Origin: an uncultured virus (IMG/VR IMGVR_UViG_3300032181_000411)
Taxonomy: Duplodnaviria > Heunggongvirae > Uroviricota > Caudoviricetes
Length of the DNA stretch: 64,000 nucleotides
IMG/VR virus record: IMGVR_UViG_3300032181_000411
Strand: one strand, 5' to 3'
The first letter of the stretch is position 1. Every line of letters begins with the position of its first letter. The notes beneath the pieces are model-generated. The model had not been told where the DNA came from. It saw only the letters and a program-made list of their open reading frames with translations, and ran no database searches. The translations under genes and the position numbers were made by a program. Below, in pieces: positions 35,101 through 45,000 of this stretch.

Positions 35101-37269
35101 ATCTTTGTTTCTGGCGGAAAAGTATACAACTCCGAGGTATTCCTCTCTGGTCGTGGTTATACAGAACCACCATCTGTTGTTATTAAGGGAGTTGGTGCTG
35201 GTGCTGCTGGAGCTTCTATCAGTGCTGAAATCACAAAAGATACTCCAGCAGTAATAATGGGTATTGCTATTGATAATGCTGATTCAGTTGAATCCACTAC
35301 TCCAACTAGATTTGCTTTCAAGCATCCAGTTTATTTGTCTAACAATACTGAGTATGCTCTAGCTATCGAGACAGATTCCTTAGATTATGAAATCTGGTCT
35401 TCTAAACTCGGAGAAACTGAGATTGCCACCAGCAATCAAGTTACAACACAATCTGCTCTCGGATCGGTTTATAAATCACAAAATACTGATAACTGGACAG
35501 AAGATTTATTTGAAGATATTAAGTTCACCTTATATCGTGCTCAGTTTGATATCACATCACCAGCAGAGTTTGAACTAACTGTAGATTCTTTAGGATACGA
35601 ACTACTACCATCAGCACCATTCGAAACTAGTGTAAGATCTCAATCAAACGCTACATCTTCTCTGTTTAAGAACAACAATTCTATTGTCAAAGTTTATCAC
35701 AGAGATAATGGTTTTGAAGATAGCGGCAAGTCTTATGTTTTCTATGGCGAAACCCAAGATGTTGGCGGCATTTCTAGTTCTACTTTAAATGGAAGATTGT
35801 TCCAGGTTTCTAACGCTGGCATCGATAGTTATAATATCATTTCACCAAGTGTTGCTGGATCTAGTGTACTAGGTGGCGGTGATAATGTAATTGCCAGCTA
35901 TAATAGAAAGTATGAAAAACTCTATGCTCAAATTCCTTACTTGGAGGTAGATGGAACTAAGTTAGAGACATTTGTTTCTACGACTAATATCATTCCTGTA
36001 GATTCAGGTGCTACAGAATTTAAGACTTATGATAAGACTACGTATGAAAGAACCTTCTTGAATGAAGAACATTACTTCATCAACCAGAAGGTAATTGCTT
36101 CTGACATCAATGCCGTATTGAATGATGTACCAAATACATTGACATACAAGATGATGATGTCAACTACTGATTCTGCCCTGTCTCCAGTAATTGATTTGAG
36201 AACAGCTTCGGTTAAGACTGCTTCGAACAGAGTAGAAAATGCTACTGGTTATGAGGATAGATATGGAAAGAGAAATCAAATTCTTTCTTTCCTACCAATC
36301 TATGATTTAAATCTTTCTGTAAATGGAGATAACCAAGCTCAGGTTACTAAGGGCGTGACTCTCGTAGGATCAACTTCAAACGCCCAAGGATTCGTCAAAG
36401 AAGTTGAAGTTGGTAAATTTACAATTGACTTGATAACAGAAACTGAGTTTGTCAAAAACGAATACCTTGATGTTATCGATGCTCAAGGTAATGGTATCAG
36501 CAATGTTGTTGTCCAGGTTCTCGGTATCACCAGAATTCCAATTGGATTTGACAAAGATACAAACTTAGTAGCATACAATCCTAATGATCTAGATGTTTCT
36601 TACGATAACAAAATCAATGGAAATGTTGTTCTTTGGGATCCAGAAGAGCAGGTTCTAGTTGTTGAAAATTGCTACCAACCAATCAATGACGATTACGTTG
36701 GAACTACAGCAGAACTAGATTTAAGTAGAGCTCTAGAGTCAGCAAATCAGGTACAAGATATCTTTAGACAAGGTGATGTAGTAAAAACTACAAATTCTGT
36801 TGACGATCCTTTGTTTGTAGAAGTTGCTTCTGTATCATACACTCCTGGTGTTGATTATATTCCAGAAACTGATTCTTCTAACAGTTCTTCGGTTGCTAAG
36901 TATGTAACTAAAGAAATTGCTATCAATAATCCTGGTACTGCTATCACCGTTAAGATGACAGCAAATGCTACAGATTTTGATAACATCAAACTTTATTACA
37001 AGATTAAGTCTGCTTCCAGTTCCATTAGTCTAGCTGACACGAGTTGGGTTCCATTCAATGGTGATGGAAGTCCTAATATTCCTATTCTAGCAACTCCAGC
37101 AAACTCTATCTCTGGGCAATTTGAAAAGCAGGAAGACTACCAAGAACTTTCTTATGACGCTAAAGATTTGATCGACTTCACGTCATTCTCAATCAAGATC
37201 GTCATGAAGACTGATAATCCTGCTTATGTTCCCAAGATTCAAGATCTACGAGCAATCGCTACATTCTGA
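29164..37269 (+). CDS. large virion structural protein (VrlC / DUF4815-like)
   Basis: MPQKTNLNVAPYYDDF...LFRPG..IQTRELT, LARRTYDESGDY, YTMKDIGKLEKRIERLEYYT, PLAQTF, P.I.DLRAIA. Confidence 0.85.
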   Translation: MPQKTNLNVAPYYDDFDAGKNFYKVLFRPGYSIQTRELTSLQSILQNQIENYGKFLFKQGQQVIPGGVNLNTKLDYVKLSSVSEVAVNENGRIVYKKYDIKQLVGTTVRGINSGVIAKILQTDYGSDIQSDTLFVKYENSGDANNETNFRQGETLEVVDGVNTPLLVVGTDGSALPTSINVTDPISGNTSTLSSPAMGFSTAVDVEEGVYFVNGFFVKNSKQLLVVDKYYDKASAKVGFSVEEEIVTAQDDVSLYDNAKGYSNASAPGANRLAINLTLSSFGYSSDTDRNFIELLKIKEGVVEKKVKPADYSLLEETLARRTYDESGDYVVNDFDFSVREFYQTNNNNGVYQLSQETGLVNGYSTFEADGKMVLSVSSGKAYVKGYEIVNKETKDLEVEKGRDTLTRDNITIKSGGLPEFSITNVFNSVPLNTVGDVITGYPTVTLNGVFNDGTVGTNGLGTQTQKTSVNRRSETFTVAQGIKTIYVKVEGVFPSTLSEIPDRIYFVTERGNSTVDGKFADVLSKSIVSRVQVDPSTDAQFLELTIVGDRAILDEYLVEYDLGPADRLRFIYSTQGTMETESAPYGTIVDYNESITPVIGLAKPKNFRLINRGAGFNQDTDIVLSRGRVGNTQPYNATFGFSYFNPTFFTRLLLEAPIGNGTFSTGKYVYGKDSKAYGVIENDATANFTSKKKLFVTTLYGEFIPGETILDEDNNTNRIAKNNTISHFIVTNRGGGYTTGVSMVINGVTYDQSKISMETYGSEITGGAFVYSAGIKDNKLRNLEFFNPPVISTNEDSNTDVNPATIVPVLYRDTVFTYVPQNVKSFGSTYNNYKFSADIDVSSSQYATFDQVSAFTFFGYKGRKYVECNGFGADLSGFLVQGDIVQFSGENNETIKAVVQYVTDTQGIEKPRIYLDVSLPQNVVNATVIRLRPRLNNATATLVFPTGSKQVASVINDESDTKFKYYIRKDFVTELSSPGSGLTFTAQLPVGTQRFVGFDEKNFVITILDKGSSPLVENGDIVFIDSKYIDISESIVTASTVTAGALRIKDLPASYFGVIPDGGTYPTLKLTATVEIGRARPRLKTAIKDKRVIVISSGDRVIPIRGQDYDSDAIETFSYSDVYKLKKVYEGTSTNPPAIDKSGNLVSGTDITYKFNFDDGQRDTYYDVSRIILKPGVDAPTGQIVVVFDYFDHSTGDFCTVDSYTHEAGVPSNEIPLFNSDISGVVPLRDCIDFRPKVDKNTSITGFQDESVVSKYDSTDYISFVGEGGVAAATPSPVKDSANISYTMTFSEKQYLDRIDGLFLTKKGDFTIKKGNSSLNPAKPEPIEDAVALCYLHIPAYTNSSRDVRVVPVDNKRYTMKDIGKLEKRIERLEYYTTLSILEQQTQNMQVKDDLGLEKTKSGFLVDNFESHGTGNLKSIDYKCAIDTQQSVLRAQTKEDSLRLVEVNTREDQRQADGYVINDNVITLPFTEVELLGNKNATTTINPNPFVVIQYVGDSHISPQHDSWYDQSSIPLVSDSNTKINSIFLAKEGNVNDAYSSVYNSFIVNWIGTDQAFGNIESFSNINSEDIESTVTAAKISSSSNVSPQNNEIGKGIATKNVGGKTVASSLTFFARSIPIEFTVNRLKPNTKVYVFMEGKDVGAWCAPDSRFTGIAGNSVGTFGAPLVTDSNGNLSGILLVPAGAPPVSNAVWTGNVDTVNYNEGAEELRITTGEKTIRFTSDSGNGDKSEVVTYAEVKFYAMGSTPSNPPSIISTAVSHFKANEGVQLTESNTDNPIKPNPLAQTFKIENFNQGVMVTGVDLFFKKKSDTIPLRAYLTDVSLGKPGKNIVPGTEVSLNPETYLRVYVTGELDTVSIEKGEFVTGVMSNASGPISKIYDGSNVRVGDDASTIFQLTKDQVYTLVLDNHNGNSFMPNELLQVPSLSAYNKANNTTLGLSIAKDSGRVSKLNVVSTGDGYESASIVVESPQLPGGSTATASIFVSGGKVYNSEVFLSGRGYTEPPSVVIKGVGAGAAGASISAEITKDTPAVIMGIAIDNADSVESTTPTRFAFKHPVYLSNNTEYALAIETDSLDYEIWSSKLGETEIATSNQVTTQSALGSVYKSQNTDNWTEDLFEDIKFTLYRAQFDITSPAEFELTVDSLGYELLPSAPFETSVRSQSNATSSLFKNNNSIVKVYHRDNGFEDSGKSYVFYGETQDVGGISSSTLNGRLFQVSNAGIDSYNIISPSVAGSSVLGGGDNVIASYNRKYEKLYAQIPYLEVDGTKLETFVSTTNIIPVDSGATEFKTYDKTTYERTFLNEEHYFINQKVIASDINAVLNDVPNTLTYKMMMSTTDSALSPVIDLRTASVKTASNRVENATGYEDRYGKRNQILSFLPIYDLNLSVNGDNQAQVTKGVTLVGSTSNAQGFVKEVEVGKFTIDLITETEFVKNEYLDVIDAQGNGISNVVVQVLGITRIPIGFDKDTNLVAYNPNDLDVSYDNKINGNVVLWDPEEQVLVVENCYQPINDDYVGTTAELDLSRALESANQVQDIFRQGDVVKTTNSVDDPLFVEVASVSYTPGVDYIPETDSSNSSSVAKYVTKEIAINNPGTAITVKMTANATDFDNIKLYYKIKSASSSISLADTSWVPFNGDGSPNIPILATPANSISGQFEKQEDYQELSYDAKDLIDFTSFSIKIVMKTDNPAYVPKIQDLRAIATF

Positions 37270-37469
37270 TGAAATATCTAAAAGTTGAGGGTCACGACAA
37301 TCTGGTTCGTGACACAGAGACTGGGGCAATCATAAACACAGAGAAGCCTTCCGCCAAGAGTTTTTCCCAGACCTTTGGCAATGCAATTAACGACATAAAT
37401 ACTTTGAAGGAAGAAATATCTGAAATCAAACAACTCCTAAAAGAGATAGTAAGAAATGGCAGTTCTTAG
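37269..37469 (+). CDS. small virion-associated coiled-coil protein
   Basis: KVEGH.NLVRD..TGAIIN plus a C-terminal coiled coil; usual position after the VrlC-like gene. Confidence 0.75.
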   Translation: MKYLKVEGHDNLVRDTETGAIINTEKPSAKSFSQTFGNAINDINTLKEEISEIKQLLKEIVRNGSS

Positions 37470-40400
37470 ATCCGTTGCAAAATCTGACACGCTTGAAAGG
37501 CAAAGGCAGGTTATTAATCTAATTGGTTTAGATTTATATAATACTACCGCTGGAGACAGTGACCTTGCGGCTGGCAATATCAAATTAGGAGATGGAACAG
37601 CATCCGCCCCATCGCTGGCATTTACTGGTCAAGAAAGTTTAGGTTTATATAGACCACAATCTGATTTAGTCAGATGGGTTGGATCTACTGGAGATTTGCT
37701 TGATATCGGAGAGCAAATAAAATTTTATAAAAACGCTTTTGCTATTCAGAAAGCAGTTTTCAATGAGGGATTAGTAGTCCTAAACGCTGGTACTAATTAT
37801 GACGAAGGAACTTATACAGCGGTTCCGTTGATTGGTGGTACAGGTGTTGAAGCTACTGTTGATTTAACGGTCACTGGTATTATCGGATCAGTAACTACCG
37901 TTGGATCTGGATATGATTCTGGTACATATACAAATGTTCCTGTACAGACGGATGGTAGTGGTACAGGAGCACTTGCTAATTTTGATGTTGCTGGTATTGA
38001 AGGAACTATTACCAACGCTGGTAGTGGGTATGACCAAGGATACTATGAAGACATTGCTCTAACTAATATTTCTGGTTCTGGAACAGGTGCTACAGCACTT
38101 ATTTCTGTTGATGAATCAAATACTGTTAATGACGTAATCATTTCTGATTCTGGATCTGGATATGCTCAAGGAGATGTTCTTTCTGCCGCGGCAGCAGATA
38201 TAGGAGGTGGTGCTGGTTTTGAATTCACTATCACTAACGTACCAGGAACAGTCAATAACTTTACCGTAGTTGACGGTGGAAGTGGGTATGCTGCTGGAAA
38301 TAATCTCACTTTAGGATCTACTGTTGATGTAGAAATTGATCTGGTTGCTGACGTATCAGAATATACTCTAGACGATGTATCCTTTATTGCAGATGGTGCT
38401 AACGTAAGCGTAGTATCTGGTTCTGGAGCGTTGCCATCAACTTTTGTTGGTGTTAATTACGATCTCAATTTAATTACATTTGACTTCCCACCAACAGCTA
38501 GCGGTCTTTCTGTAGTAAGATTTGATAAAGCACAGTATTTAAGAAGTGCCAATGGTTCTGGATTTGAATTTGATATTTCAGATGTAGGTCAAGTTACTGG
38601 TTTCGATGTAAATGTTGGTGGTAGTAGTTACGAAATTGGCGATCAATTTGGGGTTGATCCTTTATTACTGACACAACCCATTGAACGTATAGTAACAAGT
38701 CAACAAGAGCAAGAACTAACATTTACATCAAATCCATCTGCTGGATCGATTTCAATTGGATCTACTCTTAGCGATCCTTCGCCTGCTCCAGGTACACTCA
38801 ACTTTTTAGTTACAGATGTTGAAACTATTGGAAGTTCTATCACCAGAATTAGGGGTATTGCTCAAGATGATCGATCTGGCGATGTTATTCCAGGTCTCCC
38901 CTTAAGTGGAAATGAAGTTGCAACAGTAGAAGTTAGAGATATTATTTTTATCGATGGCGTTAGACAACCCGATTTAATTCATTATGTAGGAGATACTTAC
39001 AGATACAATGTTACCGAACTTTCTGGTTATTATGTATCACAAACTGTTGATGGCATTCATACTCTATATGAAAACGTATCTATTTCAACTACTTCTGGAG
39101 TAGATACAGTAGATGTTAGCACAAGTATCGGCACTTTTTATAAAGGAATGGTTCTAACGGGAGCATTTGCTACCTCATCCTTTCCTTCGGGAGTTGTAGT
39201 TAGTGATGTTGTCGTTTCTGGTGCTACAACCACATTAACACTTTCCAGTGCTGCCTCAACTACAGGAACTGGTGATGTTACATTTTCTGGTGCTGAGTAT
39301 ACTGTAGGCAAAATTACAGAGGTTATTGGAGATCAAACATATTGTACTATAACCATCACTTCTGATACAGATTCTCCTTTATATTACTATAACGCTGCTT
39401 CCCCCGAAGGAGGTATTTCTTTATCAAGTGGACCAGCAGTAATTACTAAAAATGCCAACAATCCAAAAACATTTGGATCTGGATTTTTACTAGAAGCTAC
39501 CGATATTCAGCAAAATAATCTCCTTGCTATTAATAGCGTTTCTGGCGTTGTAACTATCACAGACCTTGCTGGTTCTACTGGTAATATTGGCGATTTAACC
39601 ACAAATAATATAACAGGTGGTACTGGAGCATTATCAACTAGCTTAGATGTTCCTGTTATTACACACGATACTTCTATTACTGTAACGTCCCCACAAACAA
39701 AAATTAATGGAGATGTTAAGTTTGGCACAGATCAAGTAACATTTACTACTGCCACAAATGTTCTTGAGACTACTGGTCAAATTAAAGCAACTTCTTTAAT
39801 AGTAGATAATATTGTCAACATTGACGACAATTCGGTTTTTGCTTCGGGCGAAGGTAATGATTTAGAGATCGGGGCTAATGGTACTGGTAGAATTGTAAAA
39901 ACTAATGGCACCACTGCTTTCGCTGTACCAGCAGGAACAACTGGAGAAAGACCGCCTGCTAATGTCGCTATTGATGGATGTATTAGATATAATACAGAAA
40001 CCTACCAATATGAAGGTTATAATTCTGATGTCAGTTCGTGGACATCGTTGGGCGGTGTAAGAGACGTTGATGGAAACACAAAAATTACTGCCGAACTAGA
40101 TGTAAACGTAAATGATAACATCCTAAGATTCTATAATGATGGTCCAATATCGGCAAAGCTATCCACAGAGTATCTAGAATTTGCTGCTGTAAATAAGATT
40201 CGTTCTATTGATCCGACTATTCCAGCGTACGAAGAGTGGCAACCAAACACTTTTGTGACAGATGGAACTTATCTGAAGTATAGAAATAACTTGTACTTGG
40301 TAGTTGGTGGAGATGGAACAACAGATTCGTTATCAAATGCTCCTGTCGATACAACTGGAAATGCTTTTAGTCATGGGAATACTCAACTACAATTTATCGT

Positions 40401-41529
40401 AGTTGCTGTTAGAGATTTGGTTTTCACCGAATGTTTATCCGTTCAACTTGGACCTAACAACGATTGTCCTCTGGTTGTTTCCAACGAAACCAAGATTCTA
40501 GATAATAATATTTCATCGATTTCCAAAGATCTTTATATTACTCCAGCAGCAGATAAAAAGGTTGTTGTCTCTGCCCCCACATCTTTAGTAATTCCTGCTG
40601 GAGCTTCTGGAGATAGAGGAATTCCAGCACAAGGTTCTATTAGATATAACACAACCATTACTCAGTTTGAAGGTTATAACGGAGCATCTTGGTCTTCTCT
40701 AGGTGGTGTTAGAGACGTTGATGGCGATACTTATATTGCCCCAGAGTTAACTCCTGGCGGAGACCAAGATACGCTGTATTTTGTAAACCAAGATAAGAGT
40801 ACACTAGAAATTACAACAACAGCATTTAATTTTGGTGAAGTTGATACAATTCAATCAAGTGTTACTAATGAATTGAATGTTACTGTGAAGAAAGTAACAT
40901 TTGGTGATGCTATCGATACATCACTAGATCATAATGACAATGGTTTGTTCACGGATAGGGTCTACTTATCGACAACTAAAGCAAACTTAGAACTTGGCGT
41001 TTCTGCTGGTTTAACTAATCGCCCGATGTTCCGTATTACGGAAACTGGCGAATTCCAATCAAATGCCTATGCTTTACTTGCCGATCTCCCATACTGGGCA
41101 ACCTTTACCGACAACATTGGATCTCAACTAAACCAAAGAGATTATGGATTTAAATCACAAAGAATTGAGTTAGTCCGAGGAACAAACGACACCTTCAACG
41201 TAGTCTTATATGATAACCAATTGGTTGATAGTTGTACTTTAGAAATTCAAGCGTATGGAAGAGATGGCACTCTACTAGCAGAGAAAGAATATATTCAATA
41301 TGTAATTACAGATAACAGAGCAGATATTCTATATAATGAGATTAGCTCTTTACAGACTGGTCCAAATCTAGTTAAAGATATTATTTTTGAATATGAGACT
41401 CCAAATCTTGCTGGAGATACTCTAGGTAATGTTAGAGTTAGGGGAACGTTGGATGATGCTATCCCTAATGGTGATGCTGTTAGATTTGTTTTCATCATCA
41501 GATCTATTAACAACGTCGCCCTCATTTAA
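37456..41529 (+). CDS. fibre-like virion structural protein
   Basis: N-terminal DTLE.QRQ.IN, GSGY repeats, duplicated IRYNT....EGY...W.SLGGVRDVDG.T.I module. Confidence 0.8.
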   Translation: MAVLRSVAKSDTLERQRQVINLIGLDLYNTTAGDSDLAAGNIKLGDGTASAPSLAFTGQESLGLYRPQSDLVRWVGSTGDLLDIGEQIKFYKNAFAIQKAVFNEGLVVLNAGTNYDEGTYTAVPLIGGTGVEATVDLTVTGIIGSVTTVGSGYDSGTYTNVPVQTDGSGTGALANFDVAGIEGTITNAGSGYDQGYYEDIALTNISGSGTGATALISVDESNTVNDVIISDSGSGYAQGDVLSAAAADIGGGAGFEFTITNVPGTVNNFTVVDGGSGYAAGNNLTLGSTVDVEIDLVADVSEYTLDDVSFIADGANVSVVSGSGALPSTFVGVNYDLNLITFDFPPTASGLSVVRFDKAQYLRSANGSGFEFDISDVGQVTGFDVNVGGSSYEIGDQFGVDPLLLTQPIERIVTSQQEQELTFTSNPSAGSISIGSTLSDPSPAPGTLNFLVTDVETIGSSITRIRGIAQDDRSGDVIPGLPLSGNEVATVEVRDIIFIDGVRQPDLIHYVGDTYRYNVTELSGYYVSQTVDGIHTLYENVSISTTSGVDTVDVSTSIGTFYKGMVLTGAFATSSFPSGVVVSDVVVSGATTTLTLSSAASTTGTGDVTFSGAEYTVGKITEVIGDQTYCTITITSDTDSPLYYYNAASPEGGISLSSGPAVITKNANNPKTFGSGFLLEATDIQQNNLLAINSVSGVVTITDLAGSTGNIGDLTTNNITGGTGALSTSLDVPVITHDTSITVTSPQTKINGDVKFGTDQVTFTTATNVLETTGQIKATSLIVDNIVNIDDNSVFASGEGNDLEIGANGTGRIVKTNGTTAFAVPAGTTGERPPANVAIDGCIRYNTETYQYEGYNSDVSSWTSLGGVRDVDGNTKITAELDVNVNDNILRFYNDGPISAKLSTEYLEFAAVNKIRSIDPTIPAYEEWQPNTFVTDGTYLKYRNNLYLVVGGDGTTDSLSNAPVDTTGNAFSHGNTQLQFIVVAVRDLVFTECLSVQLGPNNDCPLVVSNETKILDNNISSISKDLYITPAADKKVVVSAPTSLVIPAGASGDRGIPAQGSIRYNTTITQFEGYNGASWSSLGGVRDVDGDTYIAPELTPGGDQDTLYFVNQDKSTLEITTTAFNFGEVDTIQSSVTNELNVTVKKVTFGDAIDTSLDHNDNGLFTDRVYLSTTKANLELGVSAGLTNRPMFRITETGEFQSNAYALLADLPYWATFTDNIGSQLNQRDYGFKSQRIELVRGTNDTFNVVLYDNQLVDSCTLEIQAYGRDGTLLAEKEYIQYVITDNRADILYNEISSLQTGPNLVKDIIFEYETPNLAGDTLGNVRVRGTLDDAIPNGDAVRFVFIIRSINNVALI

Positions 41530-41544
41530 TAGGAGAACACAACA

Positions 41545-42051
41545 ATGCCAACTACAAATTTAAAAGAGTTCGATTCGGTAGGTGGATTTTCAGTAAGTCA
41601 GACAACTCTTGTTGATAATGATAGAAATGTAAAAAATGTAAACTCGCTTAATCTGACATCTGATATTCCCAATACAACGAGAACGGAATATATTGTGACA
41701 ACACAGAATGATGGATTTCTATCTTTCCAAGATGGATCTAGAATTCTACTGCCATCAAAATCAATTAACTTTATCACGTCACATATTATTGGATTAAACA
41801 CTGCTGGAACTGGAGCACAGTTATCTGTAAAACTTGAGAGTACAGTAACATGTGACAATGCTGGATCCGTAACACACCTCTCATCTTTAGAAACTATAAT
41901 CAAAGATTCTATCCCAGAAGGAGAGCTTTGGACAGTATCTCCATACGATGCTGGATCAGCAAATGCTTGGTCTTATCAGACAACGAAAACTGGGTTGTCA
42001 ACTGTTAGGTGGTTTGGATACGTGAATGTTGTTAGCGGTAAATGGGTTTGA
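41545..42051 (+). CDS. virion structural protein
   Basis: 168 aa; AGGAG RBS; between fibre genes. Confidence 0.7.
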   Translation: MPTTNLKEFDSVGGFSVSQTTLVDNDRNVKNVNSLNLTSDIPNTTRTEYIVTTQNDGFLSFQDGSRILLPSKSINFITSHIIGLNTAGTGAQLSVKLESTVTCDNAGSVTHLSSLETIIKDSIPEGELWTVSPYDAGSANAWSYQTTKTGLSTVRWFGYVNVVSGKWV

Positions 42052-42098
42052 TATCTTCCTAAATACTTTGAGGAAATAAGATATTTACGGAATACGAG

Positions 42099-45000
42099 AT
42101 GAGCTTCCAGTTTAATTCTGATAAAGAGACTATCAAAGGCGTAACACCGTCAATAATTGGCACCACCCAATTTGTCATTCAATCTGGAAGTGGGTCTAAC
42201 CAGAGGGAAATTTTTAGGGCATTGAATAACGATGCCAATCAAACTAGAATTGGTGTTAATAGGACTGGAAGAAAGATTGATAAGATTGAGATTATCAATC
42301 CAGGATTTGGGTTTACAACAGAACCTGTTGTTTATATTGATCCGCCCGATCAGACAGATGGTCTACAAGCAGAAGCTTCTGCTACTATTCAAGATGGTAT
42401 TCTTATTGATATCGCCGTAACTGAAGTTGGTGACGGATATACTTTTCCACCTATTGTATACGTTCAAGGTGGTGGTGGATCCAATGCTCAAATTGAAGCA
42501 ACTATTGATAGTATTGATTACGAACTTGATATCAACGGTGCTATCAGAACTTCTACATCTATTATTTCCGATTCAGCGAGAGTTTCAAACTTAGTTGTTG
42601 ATAACTTTGCTACTCCAGATACAAAATTTAGAGCACCCCACTTAAAGAATTATCTAAATGGTGGTGGAACCGAATGGTCATCCGTTCCTGTTCTTCTTCA
42701 AGTAGGAGAGTACAGGTGGTATGGTTTCAATTTGTATCAAGTAACTGAAGCAGGAATTACTGGTACAGTTCCACCAACACATAGTGATGGAGAACAATAC
42801 AATGGAGAGGCTTTATTTAAGCATGTTGGTTTTAGGGTAAATGACCCAACAGAAAAGTTCTATAACGAATTACCAGCTAGTGGTTTATTCCCACGCTCTA
42901 TCACTCCTGCTCTTGGTGATAGATCAGACAAAGTAGCAACTACAGAATACGTCCTCAACCTAGCAACGAATGACGTTGGTGGTCGTATCTATGTTTCAGA
43001 ACAGATTGGTGATGACCTAAACAATGGTCGTTCTGCTGCTCAACCAGTACGTACAATTAAGAGAGCAGCACAACTTGCTTGGGAAACTCCTGGTGTTAAA
43101 GAAACTATCATTGTTTCTGGTGGTGACTATAAAGAAGACAACCCCATTTCTCTACCACCAGACGCTTCCGTTGTTGGTGATAACTTACGACTCGTAATTA
43201 TTAGACCAAAAAATCCTGGTAAGCACATCTTTAAGTTTGGTGATAAGAACTATGTTATTGGTGTTACTTACAGAGATAAGTTAGACGTTAATGGTCAACC
43301 AGAGTCTACCTGGGACTTTGCTATGGTCTTTGATGACAAGCAAAGAATTACATATGATGCTAGTATCAATGGAGATTTTGGACTTAACTTCCCAGTAGGA
43401 CATCAAGTTTTTGGAGAAGAAAAATTCTCACTGACATTTTCAGATAACACAGCTACCGTTGCTCCAGAGTTATTATCAGTAGGACAAAAGATTCGTGGTG
43501 TCAACAGTACTGCTAACGGTTTAATTACTAGATTAACTTTTGATATTACTGATACCAATGAACCAGACGTTTACTTGACTGGTAATCTAGAGTATGACGT
43601 TATCAATGGTTCATTCTCTTCAGGTGAACTATTCAGATTTGGTGGTAGTGATACAGTTCCTTACGAGAATTATCAAACATATACTGTTGGTCAAAAAGTT
43701 TGGTATAACCAAAACGTCTACACAGTAACTGGAGTAACTGGTGACGGAGAATCTGATGATACTTTCCCTGTACATGATACAGGAACCGAAACACACGGTT
43801 CAGTTGATTTTGAGTGGTTACGTATTGCCAAGACGTTCATCTCCCAAGATATCAAATCAATTAGAGCTGAGGGTGAGGTAGTATTTGAAGATACTGACAA
43901 TACTTCTTTCTTACCCATCGCTAAAATTGTAGGATCTCTTCAAGGAACATTTACTGGGGGATTCCAGAGTGATGAGTATGGAGATGGAGAAGACTTAGGT
44001 GGTATTGTACTCTATACAAATAACCTAATTGGTTCTGGAAATATTCACGACTTCAAAGAAGGTCAAGAAATTTTGGTCGAGGGATTGCCAACAGCAAATC
44101 CAGATCTCTCTGCTCTAAATGGCAAGCAAAGAATTTACAAGGTTCTTGAAGATGCTGATGGTCGCTCTAGAAGAATTGTAATTCCGAAGAAAATGCCTTG
44201 GATGACTTCTTACACTGAGGAGGCACCATATGAACCTGGGGCAAACGCTAAGATTACAAATGCTTCGAAGAGTGTAACTTTATCTCTGTTAAACTCACCA
44301 AACAAATTTGGTCAGGCACAACCACTGGCAAGAAGATTCCAAGATGCTTGTTTGCAAATTAGAAACAATATTGATTTTATTGCTGATGAAGTTGTCGGAC
44401 GTATTAACGACGAATTCAAGAAGGAATACTTCTCGGCATATGATATCACTGGATCGACTTTAAAAATTTATCTAGGAACTTCCAGATTCGTTCATAATTA
44501 TGTTGGCGGTGGTTCTGTAGTTCATTCGGGAGTTTCTTATCCTATCACAGATTTCCAGTATGATAATATTACTACTGGTGAAGCTACTATTACAACATCG
44601 GGCAACTTTGCTGCTCTCAATGAAGATGATTTAATTAGAATTGCTGACATAGAAGTATCCTGCTCTATTGATGGTGTAGTAACTCAAAAGGTATACCCAA
44701 GTTTCAATATCCCAACAAGCGATAATAAGTGTCGTAGAGATATTGGTCACTTCTTGAATGCTATAATTCAAGATTTGGAATTTGGATCAAATGCTGCTGT
44801 GATTAAAGCAGCAGAAAAATATGTTGAAGGAGCAACCCAGAGAGTTGCTTATGTCGATAATGAGATTATTCAAACTGTTCGTGCTCTTGAATATTCTAGA
44901 GAACTAGCAATATTTGCCATGAGAAAGTGGCGTATTGGAGAGGGCACTGTTAATGATCCTGAATTTACCCCAACTTATACAACACTTCCTAAGTACATCG